Of a stretch of DNA of 64,000 nucleotides, positions 54,610 to 64,000 are shown in pieces. Each line of letters starts with the position of its first letter. The first letter of the stretch is position 1. Source of the stretch: Carcharhinus longimanus (Eukaryota); the NCBI GenBank assembly GCA_030264375.1, contig JASCQW010000148.1, positions 39,514,245 through 39,578,244 on the forward strand, given 5' to 3'. Under the pieces are notes generated by a model. That model made no database searches, had not been told where the DNA came from, and saw only the letters and a list, made by a program, of their open reading frames with translations. Position numbers and translations under genes: made by a program.

Positions 54610-55130
54610 ACCAAGCATGCTGAATGCCTTCTTCACCACTCTGTCCACCTATGACTCCACTTTCAAGGAGCTATGAACCTGTACCCCTAGATCTCTGTTC
54701 TCTAACTCTCCCCAACACACTACCATTAACTGAATAAGTCATGCACTGGTTCAGTCTACCAAAATACATCACCTCGCATTCGTCTAACTTAAACTCCACC
54801 TGCCATTCATCAGCCCACTGGCCCAATTGATCAAGATCCCACCGCAATCCTAGATAACCTTCTTCACTGTCCACTATGCCACTAACTTGATGTATCTGCA
54901 AACTTACCTACCATGCCTCCTAAATTCTGATCCAAATCATTAATATGATAAATAACAGAGGACCCAGCACTGACCCCTGAGGCACACCAGTGGTCACAGG
55001 CCTCCAGTTTGATGACAGAAGACCACCCTGTGTCTTCTGTCTTCAAGCCAATTTTGTATCCAATTGGCTATCTCAATCTGGTTCCCCTAAGATTTAAGCA
55101 AATGCACCACCTACCATACGGTACCTTGTC
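54610..55130 (-). mobile_element. CR1-type LINE RT fragment
   Basis: DLDQLGQWADEWQVEFKLDECEVMYFG; GVPQGSVLGPLLF-like motif near 54960-54990. Confidence 0.8.
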
Positions 55131-55179
55131 AAACTCAGAATACCATCTAACAACTTCCACTACAAACGAGAGCCAATAA

Positions 55180-55980
55180 AGTGGGCTGCTTTGTCCTGGA
55201 TGGGGTTGAACATTTTTTTTTGAGTGTTGGAGCTGCACTCATTCAGGCAAGTGGACAGCAGCCCATGACACTCCTGACCTGTGGCTAGCAGATAGTGGAC
55301 ATGCTTTGGGAAGTCAGGTGCTGAGTTACTTGCCTCAGAATTCCCATATGGAATACTTCAGTATCCGAAGAACTGCAAATGATCAACACTTGTGCAATCA
55401 TCAAACATCCTCTTTTTGACCTCATTACAGTGAAGGGCATTGACAAAGCAGCTGAAGATGGCTGGGTCTAAGTCTAAGACACTACCTGCAGAATTCCAGT
55501 AGCAATTTCCTGGGTCTGAGAATATTGACCTCCAAGAGCCACAACCATCTTTCAGGTACTGCCTTTATGCAAGCGCACTCACTCTCACCGAGTTCAATGC
55601 CTTTGTCCATGTTTGACCCAAGGCTTTAAATGAAAACAGGAGCTGAGTGACACTGGTGGAATCCAAACTGAGTGTCAGCAACCAGATTATTGCTGAGTGC
55701 CACTTGATAGCACTGTTGATGACACCTTCCATCACTGATGATCGAGGGTGGTCTGATGGGTAGTAAATGGCTCGGTTAGATTTGTCCTGCTTTTTGGGAA
55801 GGGGACATAGCTGGGCAAGTTTCCACATGGCCAGGTAAATGCCAGTGTACTGGAAAAGTTTGGCTAGGGGCATGGTAAGTTCTGGAGCACAGGTCTTCAG
55901 TACTATTGCTGGAATATTATCAGAACCCACAGCCTTCGCAATATCTAGTTGCCTTCAGCCGTTTCTTGATATCGCGTGGG
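55180..55980 (-). mobile_element. LINE (CR1/L2 group) RT fragment of another family; related fragment at ~26570-27790 (+)
   Basis: GSDNIPAIVLKTCAPELTMPLAKLFQY..WKLAQLCPLPKKQDKSN. Confidence 0.75.
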
Positions 55981-55984
55981 ATTG

Positions 55985-56300
55985 GGCAGCATGGTTGCAT
56001 AGTGGTTAGCACTGTTGCCTCATAGCGCCAGGGTCCCAGATTCAATTCCGGCATTGGGCATTGTCTTTGTGGAGTTTGCACATCCTCCCAGTGCCTGCGT
56101 GGGTTTCCTCCAGATGCTCCAATTTCCTCCTGCAGTCCAAATACGTGCGGGTTAGGTGGATTGGCCATGCTAAATTGATCCTAGTGTTGGGGGATTAGCA
56201 AGGTAAATAGATAGGGTTAAGGTATTAGGGTCTGAGCAGGATTCTGGTCAGTACAGACTCGATGGGACAAATGGCCACTTCTCTACTGCAGGGATTCTAT
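55985..56300 (+). mobile_element. V-SINE (HE1-like)
   Basis: Full motif set, nested in a LINE fragment. Confidence 0.8.
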
Positions 56301-56599
56301 GGAATGAACTGAATTGGCTGAAGGTTGGCATCTTTGAAACTGGGGACCTCAAGAGGAGGCCGAGATGGATCATTCACTCCAGGAACTGCAGCTGTTTCGT
56401 TCCTTTGTTGCTGGTTTCTGGATTAGTTATCCAATGACCACTACACCACAACCCCGTACAAATAATCTATTAACATGAGGAGTTATAGTTAAACTTCTTT
56501 TAAAAATCCAGAAGTTGCTATTGGAGATGCGCTGCTCCCTTGTACGTTTTACAAAACCACATCTCGCTCCTTTTCTCACCATGAAGATCAGGCACTGGC

Positions 56600-56995
56600 G
56601 GTGGTTTAGTTGCTAGCACGCACACCCCTAACTCTGGAGGTTGTGGGTTCAAATCTTGGTTCAGGGATAGCACATACAAATCTGGGCTGACATTTTAGTG
56701 AGGGGGTGCTGCACTGTCAGAAGTGCTGTCTTTTAGATGTTAAAACAAGGCCCTGCCTATCCTCTCAAATGAAGATAAAAGATCCCATAGCAATATTTTG
56801 AAGAGTAGACAAGTTATTGCTGGCTAGTATTTATCCTTTAATCAGTATCAAATAACATTACTGTTGTTTGTAGGTGTTTGTTACGCACAATTAGTCATAA
56901 TACTTCCTACAATAGTGACTACACTTTTAAAAAAAAGTACTTCATTAGCTGTCAATCACAATGGAACATCCTGATGTCACAAAAGGCACAATCTA
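56600..56995 (+). mobile_element. DeuSINE-like (SacSINE1/AmnSINE1-related) SINE; other fragments ~18880-19130, 22806-22880, 53470-53640, 57620-58260
   Basis: tRNA-like head GGTTGTGGGTTCAAATC, then AAAAGATCCCATAGCA..TTTTGAAGAG and GTGACTACACTT..AAAAAGTACTTCATT motifs. Confidence 0.6.
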
Positions 56996-57879
56996 TTTGC
57001 AATTCTTTCTTTATGCGTTGTATAGCACAAAGTTGCTGCAACTAAATTCACCACAAAAATTTAAGTCTTGCTCAATCCAATCCAAAGACCCTGCGTCCAA
57101 TGTGGTGTGTTAATTATTGCCAATCAACCTCTCTGACACCGAAAATTAGCACACTGCATTCTTTTAGGCTTTAATTGCTGAGATTTTAAATCTGCCAAAT
57201 TAAAAGTTAACGCATCTTTTCACTGCTCCTTTGTCTCTTTCCTCCCTCATTTTTCTCTTTCCGTATCAGACTTGACATTGGATTCACACCCTCTGCTTCT
57301 TTCTCCAGCCCTGCACTGTTAGTTTTCTAATCAAGCAATCGGAACGTGTACTGAGACACAGCAGCTTGCTCCGTTCACCCGGGTCCCAGAGGTTGACAAT
57401 ACCAGCTGCCATTTCCAGCAACTCGGCACACATACAAAAAAAAATGACAATATTGGAAGTGCAAGAGCAAGCTTAACTAATGGCAGCCACTCTGCCACAG
57501 CAAATTAAAGCCCATCATCTCTATTGCCCCAAACTAAGATTGCATTTTCTGCAATTAAGACTGCAGACAGCTTGCTGCCTGCAGTTAGTTACAGCAGAGG
57601 ATACCAAGAAGTATCTCAAAATCAAAAGGGGATTGTTAAACGAAGCCCCATCTTGTCTCTAAGGTTGATGTAAAAGATCCCAAGGTGGTATACGAAGGGA
57701 AGCAGGGATTCATCCTGGTGAGCATACTTCCTTCAATCAACATAACAAAAAGAGAACAATTTTCCGTGTTCACTTAATGTTTGTATTGGTTGCCATATTT
57801 ACCTGCATAACAGCAATTACACTTGAAAATACTTTTATAGAATGAAAGTACTTGGTCACTGCTGTAATGTAAAAAATTA

Positions 57880-57970
57880 CTCTCACCTGACAAAGGGGCA
57901 AACCCCGAAAGCTTGTGGGTTTACTATCAAATAAACTGGTTGGACTTTAACCTGGTGTTGAGAGAACTCT
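57880..57970 (+). mobile_element. Same family, hammerhead-bearing fragment inserted in a DeuSINE-like repeat
   Basis: TCAC CTGACAA AGGGG caaa CCCC GAAA GC TT GTGG (one core substitution). Confidence 0.6.
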
Positions 57971-59162
57971 TTGCTGTAGAAAATGCAACAGCCAATTTGC
58001 AAACAAGCTCCCACACACGCTAATAAAATTAAGCAACCAATTTCTTTTTAAAAAAAGTAATGTTGATTGAAAGATAAATGTTAACCCGGACACTGAGAAA
58101 ACTTTGTGCCCTTATTACAAAGTATGCCACTGGATCTTTAATGAGGCCTTGGTTTGACTTTCTATCTGGAAGGCCACACCTCTGACAGTGCAGCACAACC
58201 TCCGTACTGTTGCACATAACGAGTGCTGGCTGGGTTTAAATGCTCAAGTCCTGGAGCAGGATTCTGGCTAAAATACAAGGATGATATCCCCCAAGTAGTG
58301 GCTGACCTTAAATCCAAGTCTTTCATTTCACTGCAGTGCAGCATCAACCTAGATCAAACACTCGACCCCTGCTTTGGAGTTTAAAACCACAAGCGAGAGA
58401 ATTAAAGAATAGAGAGAAAGAACTCTTTAAATGGAAGGTTGTTAGAATGTGGAATTCACTGCCACAGTTCAAGCAGAAGCCATTATTTCCTTCAAAAGGG
58501 AAAGATAAATGCTGGAAAAGTATTAGAGGGTATGGGGATCAGAAGGGTAGTTGGTGTGGACAAAGACTTGTTGGGCTGCGTGGCTCATTTCTGTATTAGA
58601 ACTCATACCTATCAATCAAGGCACACTGTACAAAAGGAAAATTAATGCTTAGTTCTCTCAGACCCATTCTGTAATCTCTCTGTAAATAAAACTGATGCAT
58701 TACATTTTTAAGAGTATAATCTTCAACACATGCTAATCACTTGGCTCTATACCATATGTTTGTAGACCTTTAAACAACAAATGCATCAGCTCTTACTCAC
58801 TGAATATAACATGGTCTTTATTCCCTGAATTTGCTGATAATCTCATCTTCATATAGGGGTGCAGATTGAGTGAATTACTTTCAAACCGCAAGGCAACAAC
58901 ATTTGCCCTATTAGAAATTTGGTGGGTTTAGTGTTTATATGGTGAGGAGAGTCAATGTTGGATAACTTGGCTACAGTTGACAATGCGTACTGTCTTAGCT
59001 GTAGTCCCTGACACCAAAACAACTCCCTATCCCAATTATCAAAACAAACCACTCTGGGCTGGCAGAGATTGCAAAACAGCACCTATGGTGTAACGGTGTA
59101 AAACCCCAACTTGGGAAACTAGGGCACAAATCCCCACATCAGTTTTCCAAAGCCAGTACTCA

Positions 59163-59336
<174 letters not shown>

Positions 59337-61477
59337 TCAGCCCCTCGAGGCTTCTGTGCTATGTATTTGGACAATGACTGATCTGCAAATCAATTCCATT
59401 TACCCACCTAGGCACCACATCCGCGATGCCCTTAAAAATCCATCTCTATATTAACAAGAATGGAATGCCACAAACATCACAGAACTCAACCAATCCTGCA
59501 AACATTCTCCAAGAGCGGACAATCATTCATTTGGTAAGTCTGTCATCAGCTACAGGCAACACATGATGTCCTGGCAACATGGGACAACCAGACAGAAGAT
59601 GCAACAGAAACAAAATGAAGATATAATTGTAACCACTATCTGTAATGACCGGGTCTGGTAACTCAGTAACTGTGTCCAGTTAGAGCCCTATGTTATTGAC
59701 TAGATGTAAAAACAGTACTTTCCTCTAGTTACTCAAACATCAGTGAATGCAAGGAAACTCAAATTCCACTGGCACCACATACTAACAATGCATTTCTCTC
59801 AAAAACTCCTTTTAGTAAAAGGGAAGGGACAATGGTGTAGAACCTGAGGGAAAATGTTTTTCTTTACAGACTCACCTTAGATCAGCTATCATGTCAATTA
59901 TCACAGCAAATGATTCACTGCCGATCAGAAGCCTCAAATGTCAATTTCCCAAATTTAAATAAAACTGCAGTAGTGTGGCAGTGATCCATATCTGGCGGTA
60001 AGTGCTCATTCTAAGGGAGACAGCGACATAGTGGTATTGTTACTGGAATAGTAATCCAGAGACCCCAGGGTAATCCTCTGGAGAGAAAGGGCTCAAACTC
60101 CACCACGGCAGGTGCTAAAATTTGGATTTGATTAAACAAATGTCCTTTAAGGAAGGAAATCTGCCATCCTTACCTGGTCTGGCCTATATGTGACTCCAGA
60201 TCCACAACTGTATGGTTGCTTCCCTACAAAACGGCTCAGCAAGCCACTCGGTTCAAGGGCAATTAGGGGGAGGCAGCAAATGCCGGCCCAGCCAGCAACG
60301 CTNNNNNNNNNNNNNNNNNNNNNNNNNNNNNNNNNNNNNNNNNNNNNNNNNNNNNNNNNNNNNNNNNNNNNNNNNNNNNNNNNNNNNNNNNNNNNNNNNN
60401 NNCTCATATTCTGTGGATGAATTTTTTAAAAATTATGCAATATCATTCCCTCTAACAGTTGAGCCTGGGCTCTGGCAGATACTAAAGCTCTCAGACAACG
60501 TGTACGGGAAGACAATGCCAGCCACATAAAGACTGATTCATTTTCAGCACATGGTTCAATTTAAAATTCAGTGAGATAGCTCCCTGAAGTGCGAAGTTAT
60601 TAAAGCCTAACTGTGAGATTTCTGTAACCATGCCCACTTGAGTTCTGGGAGACAAAAGATTAGGTAGTTTTGGTAGTGCTTATAGAGATAGCATGATGTT
60701 AGGCTGAAGCACAAGGGATTGAGCCGAATAGCAAAGCAAATGGATACATTCGCCTGGAATCTCCTGAAAGCTTACCTGAAGATAATGGCATAATGCTGAC
60801 TTTCAGTGTCAAAGATCCTGGAACTTCAGTCAGTGTTGAATCTCTTCAACCCTTTGCACCAATTCTATAAAGCCTCAACCAAAATCTGCTGCCAATCTAT
60901 ATGGAAATTTCCTGAACCGCACCAGCTGGTTGCAAACTTACAGCTCAAAGACATGGATTTCCACTTGTTAGACCTGACTCAAGTCCTGGCACATGCCAAT
61001 GAGATTGCCAGGCAATTCCAGCAAACCTCCCTCAGGAAGATCAGCAGAAATTTCCATCCACCTCGTCAGTTCCACTCCTTCCCGGAGTGTTGAAGCAAAC
61101 TGACGTAGCACGAGAGGCCAGAGCTACGTGCAGAGTCAGATCCTGGGGGTGGAGTAATCCATTAAAGAACCAAACTGAATCACAACTGATCACTCAACTG
61201 CAGGGACTTCATTCATGGCTCATCAAGACCCCATCTGACTGAAAGCACGCACTCCACAAACTGGTGCATACGCAAATCCAATGCAAAGTAAGCTGTTGCC
61301 AGTTGTAGTTCAACTCATTCTCACACTCAATTTGTAAAATAGAAGACAGTAGTTAATGGAATGGGAGCCTTGCTTCAATACAGCTTGCTGTTGTCCTCCA
61401 TATCCACCCAGTAGAACCTACCACGTGAAAGCAAGATCTACCCTTTCAACAACTTGTATTTATATAACACCTCAAAC

Positions 61478-61722
61478 ATACTGAAACATAGTAAGAAGTC
61501 TGACAACACCAGGTTTAAGTCCAGCCAATTTATTTGATAATAAACTCACAAGCTTTTGGGGTTTGCCTGCGAAGGTGAACCTGACGAAGGGCAAACCCTG
61601 AAAGCTCGTGAGTTTGCTATCAAATAAATTGGTTGGACTTAAATCTGGTGTTGTCAGACTTCTTACTGTGTTTACCCCAGTCCAATGCCAGCATCTCCAC
61701 ATCATGACTAATACTGAAACAT
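61478..61722. mobile_element. Palindromic non-autonomous Penelope-like element with hammerhead motif
   Basis: ~90-bp inverted arms; 12-bp TSD ATACTGAAACAT (61478-61489 / 61711-61722). Confidence 0.7.
61576..61612 (+). ncRNA. Minimal type-I hammerhead ribozyme motif
   Basis: CUGACGA AGGG caaa CCCU GAAA GC UC GUGAG; perfect stem II and palindromic AGCU at stem III; stem I is partial. Confidence 0.6.
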
Positions 61723-62121
61723 CTCAGGGCATTTCTCAAGCAGCAAAATGTGATACCAGGCCACATTTGATGGGAAAGCAAACTGTAGTCATACCCTAAT
61801 CCAGTCCTGCATGAGGAGATTCTGGATGTGTTTTATTCTGTCAGTCAGTGGCCAGAATATACCATTCATCAGTGTTCTAATATCCTGGGTGAAAACTGAT
61901 CCCAATAGTGCATGGTTATCACTTGGAAAATCACCAGCTGAATATCTAGACCTATGTTTAGTAATATACTACAACAACTTGTACTTATCTAGCACCTCTA
62001 ACAGGGTGAAGCGTCCTCAGGCATTTCACAAGACAGGCAAACAAAACGTGATACTGAGCCACTCAAGATGATATTAGCGTTGATGACCAAAAGCTTGGTC
62101 AAAGTTTTAAGCTGCACCTTA

Positions 62122-62445
<324 letters not shown>

Positions 62446-63689
62446 TTAACCAAAAGACAACTGGGGAGATAGAAAACAGTAGCTATTAATCCCCCACTAT
62501 ATTGGCCACTATCAATCCTGAGGTCAAATACCCAGTTGCCAAAAGCAACCACGGAATGACTGCACACTTGCAAGGTTACAAGTTCTGATGTAACCATTGA
62601 TCTGCATTCCGCCCCCAGCATAAATGGGTCGAACATGATGGGAACTAAATCACATCGAGCAGCTAACATTAGGCAACAGCTGATGATGTGAGCCAGCATC
62701 TTTAGTGTCACTCAGCAACCCCTCTCCCAGCAGTACTGACTGTATCTATACTGATATTATAATAACCCCCCACTTCCACTCAGTAATCTCTCCCCAACAC
62801 CACGTTACTGACTGTATCTCCACTGATGGTAACTGGCTGCCTCACTTTCTTTAAATCCATGCATAAGACAGGGGCACCACTGGCGAGGCCAGCATCTATT
62901 GCCCATCTCCAACTCCCTTTTGAACTGAGTGGCTTGCTGGGCCATTTCAGAGTCAACCACATTGCCATGGGTCCAAAATCAACAATGGTTTCATGATCAT
63001 CGTTAATTACACCCTATAGCATTACCAGTCCAGTGACAATATCATTGCGCCTTCATCTCCCTGTCATGCTGTAACCCCTTACTCAGCGTTACTCACTGTA
63101 CCCATACTGCTATTAATCCAGCTCTCCTTACAATGGAATTCAGGATCTACTTTCAGAGATTGCAAAGGAAACCTTGCTATTACACCACTAACCCCACCCA
63201 CCACTCCCCAAAAAGCAATCAAATTCACTTCAAAATTTGAATGTTCAGGAGGCCCCAACAGGGTGACCTCTCAACATGCTCATGACCTGCGACCTATAAG
63301 CACAGCCACAAACTCAGACCATTCTTGATTCCCCGGTGAGACATTCCCAGCAACTGAGCTCAACCAGGAGAATACAAAGCAGCAGCCAGAGGCACAGCCA
63401 CCAAATGTATATACCACCCACCCGCAGAACCAGCACACTGGCTGCTTACCATGAAATGCAGATATCCAAAGGTCCCAAGGAAACAGCAGCCCTTAGGAAT
63501 AGAAAACCATTCAGCCCCTCAAGTTGTCCCACCATTCACTCAGATCATGGTCATCATGCATCTTAGCTCCCTTGCTGAATAAAGATCTATCAATCTCACT
63601 TTTGACATTTTCAGTAAAACTTGCCTCAACAATTTTTGAGAGAAAGAGCTCCAGATTTCCACTCTCTTGCAGTTAAAAACTTCTGCACT

Positions 63690-64000
63690 GTAGGATTCTA
63701 CGACACTAAAAGGAGGCCATTCAGCCCATCGAGTCTGCACTGACCACAATCCCAGCCAGGTCCTATGCCCATAACCCCACGTATTTACTCTGCTAATCCC
63801 TCTGACAGAGAGGGGCAAATTTAGCATAGCCAATCGACCTAATCTGCACATCTTTGGACTGTGGGAGGAAACCAGAGCACCCGGAGGAAACCCAAGCAGG
63901 CATGGGGAGAACATACAGACTCCACACAGACAGTAACCCAAGCCAGGAACTGAACCTGGGTCCCTGGCACACTGAGGCAGCAGTGCTAACCACTGTGCCA
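63690..64000 (-). mobile_element. V-SINE (HE1-like)
   Basis: Reverse complement; head reaches the window end. Confidence 0.8.

Overview
Vertebrate nuclear DNA, most likely a shark or other elasmobranch (inferred from HE1/V-SINE-type SINEs, CR1/HER1-type LINEs and DeuSINE-type repeats), from a draft assembly with many N gaps. It holds the gene trio also seen at human 9q34.3. (1) The 3' end of MRPL41 (+, stop at 171-173). (2) A complete 9-coding-exon DPH7/WDR85 (-, 20241->6638, 1416 nt, 471 aa by my splice reconstruction), whose likely CpG promoter is ~10 kb upstream at ~30.3-31.0 kb. (3) Exons 2, 3, 5 and 6 of ZMYND19 (-, 62364->46867); exon 4 is not visible and exon 1 lies beyond the window. 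The rest is mostly degenerate retroelements. The most notable non-genic signal is a family of short, often palindromic insertions with 10-13 bp target-site duplications that carry a minimal type-I hammerhead ribozyme core (CUGANGA-stem II-GAAA-GC-UH), i.e. Penelope-like/retrozyme-like non-autonomous elements. One lies sense-oriented in a DPH7 intron. All calls were made by eye, without database searches, and repeat boundaries are approximate.
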